Below are positions 11,544-36,625 of a stretch of 64,000 nt of DNA, piece by piece. The stretch covers positions 2,480,001-2,544,000 of the forward strand of contig CM120643.1 of NCBI GenBank assembly GCA_051362555.1. The letters run 5' to 3'. This DNA is from Lingula anatina (taxonomy: Eukaryota; Animalia; Brachiopoda). The position numbers and the translations under genes were made by a program. The notes beneath the pieces are model-generated. The model worked only from the letters and a program-made list of their open reading frames with translations, was not told the origin of the DNA and searched no databases. Every line of letters starts with the position of its first letter. The stretch's first letter is position 1.

Positions 11544-13590
11544 TAACTTAACACTGTCACCCGAATCTCATAACGTTAGCATCTACTCACAATCAGCTAT
11601 AGATAGATTGCAGGGCTGTTTTGAGTGTACGGATTGGTCTGTGTTGAAATGTGACAACGACATAGAGGATTACACCTTGACTTTGACGGAGTACATACGT
11701 TTCTGCGAGGAGATTTGTATACCAACTAAGACAGTGACCCGGTATCCTAATGACAAGAGATGGATGAATAAAAACGTACGCCAACTAATAAAGGAGAAAG
11801 ACCAGGCATTCTGCGAAAAACAGAACGACCCAGAGACCTATCGCAGAGCTAAACTCCAACTGAAGAAGGCGATAAAAGAAGCTAAGAAATGCATGAAAAG
11901 CAAAATAGAGGAAAGCTTTAACATTAAGAACTCTAGGGAACTGTGGTCAAATATCTCCTTAATTACTAACTACAAGGGCTCAAAACACTCTGCTGACAAA
12001 GGAGACGCGTCACTACCGGACAAACTGAATGACTTTTATGCACGTTTTCATAAAGACAATAGTTCTTCTACAACGGTTTTACCTCCGCTGACCTATTAGC
12101 TGACAATACTGAAGCAGTTCCGCTCACCATTCACCCCTGGCAAGTAAAACGGCAATTTATGCGCCTCAATGTTCGTAACGCGTCTGGGCCAGATGGAATT
12201 TCACCTCGTGCTGACCAACTTGCGTACGTCTTTACTGTCATCTACAACTGGTCTCTACAAATCCGCAAAGTACCATTGCTCTGGAAGACGGCGTCTATCA
12301 TCCCGGTACCAAAATGCAACCGAGTTACCAGCTTAAACGATCTTAGACCCGTGGCTATGACTCCGGTGCCCATGAAAATTTTAGAAAAATTAGTTTTAAA
12401 TTTTATTAAAGAAATTGTGCCGAAAACCTTGGACCCACTGCAATTCGCTTATCGATCTAACAGAAATGTTGAAGATGCAGTTAATTTGTGCCTACACACT
12501 GTACTACAACACTTACATAACAAAAACTCTTATGCAAGGATTTTATTTATTGACTACAGTTCAGCTTTTAACACAAATAAATGCTGCGTCGATATATTGA
12601 AAAAAAGATACAGCTGTGCACAGCAGTCGGAGATCGGTACATTCCACTTGTTAGTTACGAACTACTTCCTGGTTTTCACAAGGTCCTTCAAGACCTCAAA
12701 AACATCGTTGTAATTGCAGCCCATACCATAAAACACCAAAAAATACTTAGATATGGACATATCGGATTATATTAATGCCAAATGTCCACATGACAACGAT
12801 TTATAGACTCCCGGGAATTATTTCCCCTTTACGCTTTTTGTCGCGCTGGCGATCGACGCAGCATTTATTTCTAAACAAGTTGACCGCCAATTAAGCACGA
12901 TTTTGCACCTTCAAGTTCCGTGTCACGTTTTCATATCATGCATTTATTATTTTTACAAGTTTTCTCTGCCCAAAATGCGTAAAGAAAAAGTGTTATCTTA
13001 CCATGTTGTTTAGAAAACTTCTTTTTCCTCCGACAACCCGTCTTCACTGCCGTTCACCTCTATGTTAAAATGACCACTCAGCTTCGTTTCTAATACCACT
13101 GCACGTCACTTCCGGCACAATTCTGACCAATGCTGATCTTCTCCGGTTCCCTTTATTGAAAGCATTCTAGCGTACGGAATTATAATATGGTATAGCGGAA
13201 CAGCTGGGGAGGAAAGGAAGAAATTAGCAAACGTTGTAAAAACTGCAAGTAGGATTATCGGGCAGGATCTCCCCAAGCTGGGTGATGTTTTTAAGCACAG
13301 GATGGAGAAAAGAATTGTCAACACCATGAAAGACTCTTTCCATCCTGCATCTTCTCTCTTTACTTTTTTTACCAAGCAACAGTAGACTTTTAACTTTTAA
13401 AGGCAGTAAACGCTTTTTAAACAGTTTTTATCCAAGTGCAGTGACGCATTTTAATTTGATTTCAAAACTAAATTCTTAATTTATTTATTTATTGTATTAT
13501 TTTATTATTTTACTATGTATATTGCTCCAATGGAAAATGATTTCTGATTTTTATAATTGGCTAAATAAACTCTTATATTATCTTATCTTA
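11544..13590 (+). mobile_element. 5'-truncated, disrupted Rex1/Babar-like LINE
   Basis: LPDKLNDFYARF, DLRPVAMTPVPMKILEKLV, LDPLQFAYRSNRNVEDAV, ARILFIDYSSAFNT (to 12574). It resumes at about 13155 with IESILAYGIIIWYSG...ASRIIG and ends in AATAAA plus a (TCTTA)n tail at 13564-13590. Confidence 0.88.
12575..13157. mobile_element. DNA-transposon-like fragment(s) replacing the RT core of the Rex-like LINE
   Basis: 19-bp inverted repeat AAATAAATGCTGCGTCGAT (12575-12593 / 12852-12870). 13101-13157 is the exact reverse complement of 38375-38431. Confidence 0.65.
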
Positions 13591-13629
13591 TATGAATTTT
13601 GTGGTTTTTTGTGAAAAATGTGTTTATAG

Positions 13630-13651
13630 TGGTTCAACTGGGGTTCGAACC
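13630..13651 (-). pseudogene. tRNA-Val 3' remnant
   Basis: Only TGGTTCAACTGGGGTTCGAACC remains, joined to sequence matching about 10247 onward (deletion of roughly 325 bp). Confidence 0.85.
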
Positions 13652-13874
13652 AAATATTTATGTTTGAAAAAATTCTCCAAAGAATCTAAAAATAAAAGTG
13701 TAATTCATTAAACAGGCCCGTAGAAATTCCTGCACAGGACAGTTTATCATGCGTTATCATCAGCACAGAGGCCTTATACATAAAGGCCTAAGCGACGGTG
13801 AGATAAAATCTCAATATACCTGCCGTCATGAGGGCCGCCAGGTGAAAAATAATGCCTTCAGGTGAGGTATCCAG

Positions 13875-13880
13875 GTCTCT

Positions 13881-13941
<61 letters not shown>

Positions 13942-13948
13942 AGGGACG
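13875..13948 (+). tRNA. tRNA-Asn (GTT), copy 2
   Basis: Identical to 10471-10544, followed by TTTT. Confidence 0.97.
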
Positions 13949-14644
13949 GTCAAGTTTTAGTTATTTTGTAGGATAGACGGATGAATTTAAATCCAGTGCT
14001 GTGACACATTAAAATCCAGCACTGCGACACTTCTTGTTTTAGTCCTGCTGTCTAATCATGAACGGCAAAATACGACGCTATAACTTCGCATCTTTACTCC
14101 CTAACTCCTCTACCAGGATCACAGATGCACTTTTTACTACACTAGACAATTATTATAATTATTAACCTTTTTGACTTGGACAATCAACACAAATATCCCG
14201 ATATCACTGAAATAAAAGCAAAGTTAGTGAAAAGAGATCCTCTAACCTTTTTTGTCGAGGAGGCGTTGTTTTCTGTTCAGACGATCCCCCAGCCCGGCAA
14301 ATTATAGAGAGGTGACCTCTAACACTTTTTTGATTTGGTCAATCAATGCAAAAATCCTGACATAACTGGGACAGCAACGATAGCTACTGTTCATAGTCAT
14401 GCTTTTTTTTTGTTAAGATAAGTTAGGTGTATTCGACACCCCGGGTATTCCCTTGCGTGTCACGAAGTTGGCGAGAAGAAAAACAAGCGTCTCCTTTCCG
14501 CCCGTTATTCTTAATTTCCATATATCATATATATTATTATTACTCTGGATACCAAGGTGATACTATATGATATGGATAATTCATAGCAGCTTGGCTTCCT
14601 CCATGATTCCTACATCTTATACATTATTTAATGCCAGGAAAACG

Positions 14645-14777
<133 letters not shown>

Positions 14778-15224
14778 TACATGTTGTGCTTGACAGACTA
14801 AACTTGTCACCAGTTCCTGTTTTGGTATTAAAAGGAGAGAGAGCAGACAGTAAAGTATACTGAAAAACAAAGGAAGTTGGAGACACATAGATATACTTTT
14901 ATCTTCACGCCACATTGATGAAATGTACGGCAATGAGAAGTATTTCAGTCAGTGGAGCCATACTGGATTACAAACACTGGGAGAGGCTACATGAAGCAAA
15001 GGACACCTCTCCATACAAGTCAAATCTGATCCTTAGAATGTATAAGATCGCATTCAGAACAAGATCAGCGAACTAAATATGGCCGACTCACTTAAAAGCA
15101 ACGCCGGCTAATTCCCTGATGGCCTCCCCGTATAGTGCTTTAAGGCATACATCATTCTGGTTTAAAAACACTGGGAGGGGGCACGTGATGCAAAGGGGAT
15201 TTCATGGAGGACTCCACGTCCAGA

Positions 15225-15435
15225 ACCGCGCAAATTTAGCAATGGATATCAATTACAAGCGGGTACGAAATACGGACACCGTTGTATACGTGTATGTTGG
15301 ACCACGCATTAATACCACTTTCCAGATTCATGGTCGAAATATTTACGTGTAAATCGCTATGATGAAATCCAACGCTGACAGCAATAAACAGTTTAAATCA
15401 TTTAATGTTTACTCGTCACTTGCTCAGGTACATTC
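15225..15435. repeat. Dispersed repeat, inverted copy of about 36810-36995
   Basis: For example CGAAATACGGACACCGTTGTAT and ATCGCTATGATGAAATCCAACGCTGACAGCAATAA match the reverse complement of 36860-36980. Confidence 0.75.
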
Positions 15436-15879
15436 TGTCAATTTGTGGGGACCCTCCCTCTTTAATATTAAACCAAGACAAAAGATTCTTGAACTACTTA
15501 ATCAGATTAATATGCCTACTTTATCTCTTTAGATTTTAAACAAAGCATTATAAGGAATTTCGGACTACAAACAAAGGCGTTACATGAAATTACCGAAAAT
15601 GCTGGTGAATTATTCAATACCCCCCACAGGCTGTATCAGAGGAAATGTAAATCACCCGTTTTGCTTGCATTGAGAAAGAAATTGGTCCACCGTCACAAAC
15701 ATCAAACAAAAGAAAGCATTGCACTACTTTATGTTCATAAATATTTAATATTCGTAAACACTGATGCATGAATTCAACTTTGCCAATGAAATATTGACAA
15801 GCCTCAACTTTGAAGAGGACGAGTGGGGAAATTCGTTCAAGTGGCCGTGAGTCGTGTGACAGAAACGGCAGTTCTAAAA

Positions 15880-15990
15880 CGGAAGTCCGGGGTCCCATAC
15901 GATTAGTACAGGTTAGGGTTAGTTGGGGTATTGGGGTTAGCATATGGGACGAATGTCACCTGTACAAAGTAATGGGGAACGGACTGCGGT
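15880..15990. repeat. Dispersed repeat with GGTTAGGGTTAG core; related copies at about 35945-36100, 37075-37155 and 52300-52440 (inverted)
   Basis: Shared motifs TTACTTTGTACAGG, ACAGGTGA and GGGTCCCCGGACTTCC on the opposite strand. Confidence 0.6.
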
Positions 15991-16787
15991 TCCTAGCGGA
16001 CTGCCATTCCTGTCACACCTGTGCAAAAAGTTCCAAATCAACGCAGCTGTGAAGCAATCGTTCCCCTCCCTAGTCAAATCTTCCTTGTTAATTCTGAGTT
16101 AAGAACTATCACGCAACACGGGTAATAGTATACTAGTAAACTTTAAATCTTTATTTTCCAGGTCTGAATAACGCCTATTACATAAAATGCTACCGTTGAG
16201 GACAACATTTTGCTTCCTAGATCTTACATTTTACCCCAGATACAACGACGTGTTTTTTTTCATTTTTACACAGAATTGTGAACAACATTTACAAAACTGG
16301 AAAATGCAAGACGGAGCAGTAATACGTATTTATTGATCTCACCGGTGACGCGCAATTCTCACAGAGAACAATAAATGAAATGCCATAACCAGGTACATAC
16401 ACCCAAGGAGTGAAAAACATCGAGATTAACAAGTAAGAAATTACGACACAGAATGTAAATTGTTTTCAGTCAATGCGACCAAGCAGATACCAAGAATGCT
16501 GACAATATCACATCTGGACCTTCACATCTGATTAAATATACGTATAAGAATTTGAGAAAAAAATATTACAATTCTGTTGAGAAAATTTCTAAGGTGAGAG
16601 TTCCGCCTTCACGTGGCAAGACAACGCCAGTTCACATAATTCCTCACATGAATGTTCAAGTGCCAAACTAATTTCAATCATTATTTAAATGCTTAAATTG
16701 TCTGAAGTGGAAGCTGCCCAAACACAGTGAACAGCAGCCACCGACGACCTCCTTAACGCTGGTTGCCATGGATACGTCATCCACCAA

Positions 16788-27514
<10,727 letters not shown>

Positions 27515-27793
27515 AATTCTGTCTTCGAGACACAACACACGTGGAGTCTGATTTGAAAGAGGCAGAAAAGAGGTCAATTTCTCTTTATATATGAAAATAT
27601 GACCTAATTTTCCATAAATGGAAGTCGTATTTAAATTTGTTTTCAAATATCCAATCAAAAGTCAGACATTTGCTCAGCAGCGCCGTCTAGTATTTTGAAA
27701 AGGGTCATGATCATGTGATCACGTGCAAACCACCATTTTGTACTAGGGTAATCAATAGTGGTAGCTGCAGGACGGAGTATTTTTTTGCTGAAA
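27515..27793. promoter_or_regulatory. Bidirectional promoter shared by AHCY and ATP6V0D1, with tandem M-box/E-box (CLEAR-like), CCAAT and YY1-like sites
   Basis: The start codons are 279 bp apart. TCATGA-TCATGTGA-TCACGTG at 27705-27725, CCAAT at 27651 and CCATTTTG at about 27733. Confidence 0.75.
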
Positions 27794-30790
27794 ATGAGCG
27801 CCTTGGATTTCAACATAGACAATGGCTACCTGGAGGGGCTGGTGCGAGGCTTCAAGGGAGGGATCCTAACGCAAACAGACTACCTTAATCTTGTACAGTG
27901 TGATACTTTAGATGGTTAGTAGAGAAGTGTTTTGGTGAGTCGGTGTCGCCGGTGGACTCGGACTCAGTGACACTCATACAGTGACAGTTCCCATTTATTC
28001 TGACTTTTACAGATACTGAGAGTATTTGTGTGTACACGTACTGTGCAGCACTTCACATGATAACTAAATCATACACCCTTCACAGACAAATGACTGTCAT
28101 ATTGACTGTTGTTGATCAGATTATGATGTGATGATTCGGAGACATTTTTCCTTGTATATCTTTTATAATACGGACATTGTGAATGTTAGACTTTGTCAAT
28201 TGATTTGATGTGTTGATATTCTGTTAACAATGGTTTCCTGGGCTTCAGCTATGACAGCACGTGATGTGACAACTTCATGTTGCATCTTAAAGGAATCGGT
28301 AAAATCTGCTTTAAAATAACAACCCTTCATCAGCAAGACATGATATCTTTATTATTTTCAGTTGCCTGTTAATGATTTTAGTTAAATCTAAAATTGCCTG
28401 ACTTTCTTTTGACAAGCTGTTAACAGGCTGATTAAAGATCATTTTGATATAACAGAACCATGGTAGGACTTACTTCCAAAGACATCAACTCTTCTGGTAA
28501 ATGTGTATAGGTGCATTTATGTCAACTTGGGTACAAAAAATAAATAAATAAATAAGCATATATGAAAAGAATCATTTTGTTTCCAGATTTAAAACTCCAC
28601 CTCCAGAGCACAGACTATGGAAACTTTCTTGCCAATGAGCCCAGTCCTCTCTCTGTATCTGTAATAGATGACAAACTCAAAGATAAGTTAGTGATTGAGT
28701 TTCAACACATGAGGAATCATGCTGTAGAACCCCTGTCTACATTCCTGGACTATATCACGTAAGTGGATTATTTATAATACACACACTATCAGAAATGTAA
28801 GATTACATCCTAATAGTTTATATAACCAGATAACTCACTGAGATAGGAGTTGATTCTGACAACTACAGTTATCCACCCTTTTTTGGCAGTAGAGAAAAAA
28901 AATATGTTCATTTTCATGAACTATCTCATTTATTTTTTTTTGCGCTTGCCACTTCTTGTTAAATTTATGACATTACAGTCTCCACAACAACAATATCAGT
29001 GTGCAGTTTTAAAAAAAGATGACTTAGAACATATAACTTTTTGAGTGAAGTACTCAATAATAATGATCAAAAAGTATTTGAACATAAATTTGATAAACTT
29101 GATTATCTTTTCATTCTCCTCAGTCCTGTAGATTCCTTGAAATATGCTATCACAGTGAATAGCTGCTTATAATGACCCTCTCATTACACCAGTTTCACTT
29201 TCACTTTCCCAGGTACAGCTACATGATAGACAACATTATCCTGTTGATCACGGGCACTCTCCACCAGCGCTCCATCTCGGAGCTGATCCCCAAGTGTCAC
29301 CCCCTGGGCAGCTTTGAGCAGATGGAGGCCATACATGTGGCGGCCACTCCCGCGGAGTTGTATAACGCTGTGCTGGTAGACACACCTTTAGGTCAGTGAG
29401 TGCTGGACGTCATCGGTTTTTGTAATATATTTTTTATTTTTTTTTTCAGGTATTTACATATTTTATTGTTATTGTTGTTGTTGTTGTTATTAATCTTATT
29501 TATTCCTTTATTTATATTATTTATTCTGTGGGAGAGGGAGTTGAGGAAGAAGATTAGAGTGGGGTTGAGGCAGAAGGGAAGGGGGTGGGAAGTCTGCCAA
29601 AAGCCACTGAGACTGTCCTTAATGTGACTATATTCCCCTGTTTCAGCTCCTTATTTCATAGACTGTATCTCTGAGCAGGATCTGGATGAGATGAACATTG
29701 AGATCATCAGGAATACTCTGTACAAAGCCTATCTGGAGGACTTCCATAAGTTCTGTAAGGAGATGGGAGGGACGACTGCTGAGGTCATGTGTGAGGCACT
29801 GGCTGTGAGTATCCCAAGGGATGGTATACAGGCATCCTGAAACTGTTGATCAGACTGGTAACAGGGATGAGATTTTTTTTGTCATTTGGGTTGTCTTTCT
29901 TCCCTTTCACTAGACAGCTGTCTATGTGTCCTTTTGCTACTCAGTGGTTTATTGAGGCTGTCTTTTTCTGGAGATTTTTGGCCAGTGGTGTGAAATACTT
30001 TGCTATGGTTGCCACAGGACAGTATAGAGGCAACATAGAAACTGTTGGTTTGGACTGATAACAGGGATGAGGCTTTACCAACTATTGGCAGATTACCTGA
30101 CTTTATCAGAACCAAAAATAGCATTGGTCTAGGCACCCTTTGGATCCTACACCATATTTTTCAACTTTTTCACTATATGGCAGTCTCATCCCTGTGATAA
30201 AATTTAAAAGTGGTAGAGATATGTGTTTGTTCGGTCCAAGAGACTGGCCACACCTGAAAGAGCTGAAAGTTTGAATTTACAGTCAGTCTGATAAAATTGC
30301 TTGGACCCAGATAATTTTTTCAACGCCAACACCCAGACATGACTAAGTTTTTGAGATCAAAACATAAACTCCATTGTAACAGTCAATATCAAATTATTTA
30401 GTACTGAGCTCTGTGAATTCATACCCTCTTTAATCAAACACAGTGTTATTTCCTGGAATATATTCTATTGTCACTTCCATTTCAGTTTGAGGCTGACAGA
30501 CGAGCCTTCATCATCACCATCAACTCATTTGGCACCGAGCTGTCCAAGGAGGACCGGGCCAAGCTGTACCCCCGCTGTGGCAAGCTCTACCCTGATGGCC
30601 TGGCTGCGCTATCTAGGGCTGATGATTATGAGCAGGTCCGGGCTGTGTCGGAATATTATGGGGTGAGTATTATTTAAGGAAATTGTGTGGGAGAAAATGA
30701 AAAGAGATGCTTATAAAAATTTAATTTGTTTACTTAGCAGTTTTGTTATATATAGTTTTTGGCAACAATGCCCCGATTTTGTTTCCTATA

Positions 30791-30856
<66 letters not shown>

Positions 30857-31525
30857 GCATGCAGTATTCAACACATCTTTCTTAAAGCTGATTCATAATT
30901 TGCATTTACAAATAAAAATATATTTGATAATCTGATAAAATAGCCTTCACAAGAAAAAGATTTCTCCTAAGTCTCCTATTAACCTTTTTGCGATATTTGC
31001 CTAATGCTCATAATTGAATGTTTAATTTTTAGGAGTACAAGTTGTTGTTTGAAGGGTCGGGCACAGGGCCAGGAGAGAAAACTCTGGAAGACAAATTCTT
31101 TGAACATGAGGTGACTTGGGCTTTTTTTTTCACCCTTCATAAGTATTGCCGTGAACGACTGAACAATAGACCATTTTACCTCTTTCTGAAGCACTGTTTA
31201 CTTTTTGTATCCCTACAAATTTGGTTTAAATTAGCAAAGAATATATGGTGATTTGTTAAGGTGTCATGGTGGAAAAAATATAGGATTAAAGGTGAATAAA
31301 AACAATGATTTGGCATATATTATACTGTTTATATTCTATAAAATTTCCGTGGTGTAATTCCAGGTGAAGTTGATGATAAACGGGTTTATGAACCAGTTCC
31401 ACTTTGGCGTCTTCTACGGCTACGTGAAGCTGAAAGAGCAGGAATGTCGTAACATCATCTGGATAGCGGAGTGCGTCGCACAGAGACACCGGGCAAAAAT
31501 AGACAGTTACATTCCTATATTCTAA
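27794..31525 (+). CDS. ATP6V0D1: V-type proton ATPase V0 subunit d, 7 exons: 27794-27914, 28587-28758, 29213-29391, 29647-29804, 30486-30662, 31033-31110, 31364-31525
   Basis: [133 protein letters not shown] introns in phase. Confidence 0.98.
30795..30852. repeat. (CT)n microsatellite
   Basis: Seen directly. Confidence 0.95.
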
Positions 31526-32556
31526 TATTATCAAGTGCTTGAGATTGTAATATACGTGGACTTATTACTGTGACTTAGTAACTTATTTTTTGGTGCTCGC
31601 CATGTTCTCGGTATTGCCAATAGATGGCAGGTCGGTATTATGGTCAAGATGTAAATTTCACACTTTATTGAAAAAATGAGTATGAAAAATAGAAGTTGTA
31701 ATTGGGTATTAAAATAGATATTAGTTAAAGTGTTTTGGGGTGAGTGGGTACTGCACGGAGGTTGAAAGTTGGTGCTGGTCACGGCTATTTCGTTTTTGAT
31801 TTTTTTTTTCAATGTTTTTTGTTTTTCTCCTGAACATAAGAGAATTGAGGATCCTGTGTCAAGCAGCACTCATGAAAGCTAGTGAACGAATCTGCAATTT
31901 GCCTTTTTATAAAGGCTTGAATGATTCACAGAAGAGAATAAGACTGCAGCCTGTATAAAACTTTACTTTAACATTATGCTATATGTAAAGATGTGGAGAC
32001 TTCACGACAGTCGGCTTAATAGTGTGATTCTCTAAATGGTCATATCAAGTTAGAGAAGTAAATATTCCCAATTGAAAAAAGGATATGACACGTTTATTTC
32101 AAGAGTTCTATCAATACCTGTTTAACAATGTTATACAGCAGTGAAAATGTGAATTTATGTTAAATAGTACAGCTGTAAAAACTGTTAGTGCAATAATAAA
32201 GTCTGTGGACTGTGTTTATATGTAAATCTGAACGGTGTAAATAAAAGAAAAAGTTCCCGTCACTTGGCAGTGTCTTTTTTATCACCTTTAAAAGATGAAG
32301 TCCTCATCCAAGGTTGTTCTTGACAGTTGACGTTTGCAAAACATGCAATTTCAATACTAGATTTATGTTTGTTTTCTTAGGGCAATTGGGATGTTTTCGC
32401 AAAAAAAAAAAACCGGTTTTCCAGACCTTTTGAAAGTAAACTTGTTAAACTTACAAGAGAACCGCATCGCGTAAGATGCATTCCGTTATTATTTTGAAAA
32501 TGACCTGTACTCTCGTCTATGGTGCATATCAGTTTGTAAAATTTCACCTCCCTTCT

Positions 32557-35500
32557 TTAAAATGCAGCACTTAATTGCATTCCGCCGTCTACCGCCACAA
32601 CGGCCCCCGTCATAAACCTCGCGCTGTCTGAGGCAACGGCGACTATCATGTCGCTTATATCATCTGGCTGGCCGTATCTTCCTATGGGATGAGCGTCCTT
32701 TATCTGCCCTGTAAACTTTGAGATAATGAAAAACGAGAATTTCATGATTAAAGATGTTGTTATAAAAATGAAGGTTATTGGATGATAGATTATATGTTAA
32801 TAATGCGACAGGTGTTTACGAATTATACAACAAAATACAGTATAAAACACCCACGCACAAGTTGCTGATATGTCCCACAGATAAATGGAATCATAAACGT
32901 TCTTTTTGAGCACACACTGGCAGTAATTCCAAACAAATTTTAAGGGCACTGTGAACAACACGAACGCTAAAACTTGTTCTGTAATGTGAGTTACCACAGA
33001 AGATTTTGATCTGTAATGTGAGTTACCACAGTAGATTATTTTTTCAAACACCCGCTAAAATATTTAAATGTGGTAGTGGTAATAACTTCGACTTCTTTGC
33101 TTTCGTTTCAATTTATTGTAACATTATTTAAATCCCATATAAGAGAAGCCTCTGCTAAGCCGCTCTCCAATGTTTGAAGTAATGTGTACAGACAAATTAT
33201 TAAAGATCAACTTGGCAGTAAGGAATTTTCCTTTTACTCTGCAAAACATTCTTGTGTTTCAAAAGAGATTTTACAAAGAAAAAACTCCGCTGTCCTTACT
33301 GCTTTAATGGTCTCCGGGTCGACCCCTGCGTTAGGTAGGATGTCTGTGTCCACGTAGCCAGGACTGGAAAAACAGAAAACTTTATATTCTCTATTACTAT
33401 TCTGTACTACTATATATATTCTGTACTGCCGTTATTCTCTTTATCTACTATACTATTGTCTACTATATTATTCTCTACTGCACTTTATGTTCTCCACTAC
33501 TATATACCGGAGTATTCTCTTCTATACTACAGTATATATTCTCTACCACTAATTCTCTACTATACTCTATATTCCCTACTACTATTTTTCTATTCTATAC
33601 TATATATTCTCCACATCCGCGGACCCCCCCCCCCCCCTTCAAATAATCCTGGATCCGCCCCTGATTGAGCTTCAATAAATGATAACATATGATTAAACGA
33701 CATAAACAAAGTAGAAATGGTATGTTTATGACGTTTATTAACACACTGGCTATGATCAATAGTGATGGAAATATGTAAAAATGATAAAGCCTTTACCTGA
33801 TGCAGTTAACACGAACCTGTTTGGGACCGAGATCTATGGATGAGAAATACAAACGCTATACTATACACATTGAAGTCGAGTTGGCGAACAGGAAAAACCC
33901 GACTACACCATTTTCTGTAAGCCTGAGTGGGTAGATTTCGAAAGTTTAGCCTAAGAGTTTTACATTCACAAAGTACGTATGCACACGTGCGTGGAGTTTT
34001 TCGCGTATTACATAGATGTGTATACCCTGTAAATATCCTGGCAACGGATTACACCTCTTTTCAGTAAGATGCTATATAGGATGCATGAAATCTATTTTTG
34101 TTTTTTATTGAGAAGACGTCTGTCCACTCACGCAGGGCTTCAGACTTTGTGAAATGCTCCAATGCAGCCTTAGATACGCCATAAGTCAGTCTTATGCTTC
34201 CCTGAAACAGGAGAAACGTATCATACTTAAAAAAATATATAAAAATAAGTAAAATTCACATAAACCTCCGGCTCTAATAAAATACCCTTTTAAATATATT
34301 CTATGATGCCAAGTGATGAGTTCTAATATAACGGGAGTGAAAATATAGCTTAAGATGTATCTGTTAACTAAGGTTTTCCGACGCCCATCAGAAAATTATG
34401 GTCTTAAAAACGAACTGAAGAACAAAAACCTTGATAAAAAAAACTGGTCGTTGTTGAAGATCTGGGGTTCAGTGGTCAGTAGCGCTTATTTTTATATTTC
34501 ATTAAATGTACCTCATTTGAAATAACATTTAAGATAATAATAATAATAATGATAATAATAACAGTAGAGAGAAATATAACTTACGGGCACGACGGCGGCT
34601 GGGCTAGAAACATTCACTACATTTCCTAAGAAAGAAGAAAGAAAGCAATTTTAATTTTTTCCTGTAATGTTATGTACCTGAATTAGCAATTGAATTCAAC
34701 TATCGGACGAAGTATAAATTTGCGTGACGTACATGATGACTTACATGTTATGGAGGAAGGCACGGCATTTATTGATAAATAACAAAACTATATCAATTTA
34801 TTTTAATAAATAAACCTCATCTTAAGATCAACACTAGCGAAAAGTATTGGATATTCAAATCGTCAGTGAAAACTAAATCACCCATCTTTCAAGATAAGTT
34901 CACTAATATAAACATTTTCATGCACATGCACAAACAGACATGCGAAATCACGCGCGTGCACACGCAAAACACACAAAGCACACGAACACTTCACCTTTAG
35001 TAACCACAAGATACGGAACAGCAAGGTGAGTTAGATACACAGCCGCGCGGAAATTAATATTCATAACCCGGTCAAAGTTGGCCATGTCCAGGTTTTCTAT
35101 GGTGTCCATCAAGAATACCCCGGCATTGTTGACCTAAGGAGGAAAATAAACGTTCTGTCACCAATGTAGCTATAACGCTGAAGTAGTGTTTTTATGTACC
35201 TGGGATCGCTTTTAAATTTAAAACACCTTGAAGCCGTGCGCTTTTACATTGATATCACAGTTATCAAGGCTGGCCTAATTTTTTGGATCGATATTTTACT
35301 TCATAAAATACAAATACAAATATTATGAAGGCTGTGCGTAATATTATAATTCCATTCAAGTAGAATAAGTGAATATTTACCAAAATGTCTAACTGATTAA
35401 ACTTTTCGACAGTTTTTTCTAGGATTTCTGACGCTATTTCTTCCTGGGATATATCTCCTGGCACCAGAAATATCTGGAATTAAATATTCTTTATTTGAAT

Positions 35501-35666
35501 TGCAATCTATTATGTTTTTCTCTCTTCCTGAACCAACCAAATACTTTGTTTCTGAATAAATTAAGTAAGTGTGCACGTCAGCTGCAGGTGAATGCAAGTT
35601 GAGTCTGCGTTTCTGCCTGAGTGTCTGTACTTGTGCGTGTGGGTGTAGGCTTTTTATAATATAATA

Positions 35667-35703
<37 letters not shown>

Positions 35704-36275
35704 CCATTTCACTGTTCAAACCGGTCTCCCTGCATTTGGTGGCGGTCTCTTCCAGTTTATCCACGTTTCTTCCACTGAGTGCCAGACGACATCCGTGTTT
35801 AGCGAACTGCACCGCCACCGCGGCTCCTATCCCGCCACTGGCACCTGTTTAAATTCAGTTTAAATTAAAATGTAAAAATAACACCCTAAAAGCGACTGGT
35901 ACAAATCATTGCAAACACTGGGACTGTTTCATCGTGGAGAACGTGGTCCATCTCCCGTTACTTTGTACAGGCAGTCTTATATATATTTATGTATCTCTAA
36001 CTGGTACAGGTGAAAATCACCCCATATTGTGCCACTGTTCTTTGAGTTTCGACTATTTCCTCCATGTACTTATCATTTGGGTCCCCGGACTTCCAATCCT
36101 AAGACAACATATACCTACCACTTCTCTCACACCGGTCGATGGGTTCATAGGACCGAAGTTTTAATTGTGGTTAAGCACACTACTTTTCATTTTGAAAACC
36201 TAGGACATTAAAGCAGCTATAGAATATTCACATCATACCTGTGATAAGAACCACCTTGTCTCGTAGACCGGCCAT
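32557..36275 (-). CDS. Classical short-chain dehydrogenase/reductase (FabG-like), copy A, 9 exons: 36275-36239, 35844-35705, 35473-35381, 35133-34995, 34625-34585, 34201-34132, 33833-33797, 33363-33300, about 32715-32557
   Basis: MAGLRDKVVLITGASGGIG (TGxxxGxG), LDILVNNAG, GNVVNVSS, YGVSKAAL (YxxxK), VRVNCISPGYVDT, HPIGRYGQPDDI, FMTGAVVAVDGG. Confidence 0.93.
33385..33612. repeat. Degenerate TATTCTCTACTAC-type minisatellite (shorter counterpart at about 49340-49435)
   Basis: Repeated ATATTCTCTACTACT-like units in SDR intron 7. Confidence 0.7.
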
Positions 36276-36414
36276 AGCTTTATCTGCAGAGCAGAATTAC
36301 ATCATAACAGCCGAAAGTTATCGCCAAATAAACAGTGTTATCTCACGTACCGTTTTGGATGTGACATGTCTGGGACAAATAAAAATTCAAAAGCGTTTTC
36401 GGTAATTTCACTAA

Positions 36415-36496
36415 ATGTGTGTGTGCGTGTGTGTGTGCGTGTGTGTGTGTGTGTGTGCGTGTGTGTGTGTGTGCGTGTGTGTGTGTGAGTGTGTGT
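36415..36496. repeat. (GT)n microsatellite upstream of SDR copy A
   Basis: Seen directly; much shorter in the paralog at about 52767. Confidence 0.9.
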
Positions 36497-36625
36497 TTAT
36501 GGTTCGTAATTTTACATAAAACTTTGTGTAAAGTCTAAAGAGTTAACGTCATTCTGTTAAACTGATTAATAAGTTCAGTTCAAGAATCATTTGCCTTGGT
36601 TTGAGTTTAAATAATGGAGGTTCCC

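Noticed and set aside
15913-15940. GGTTAGGGTTAG as an interstitial telomere
   Set aside because: Only about two units, embedded in a dispersed repeat family.
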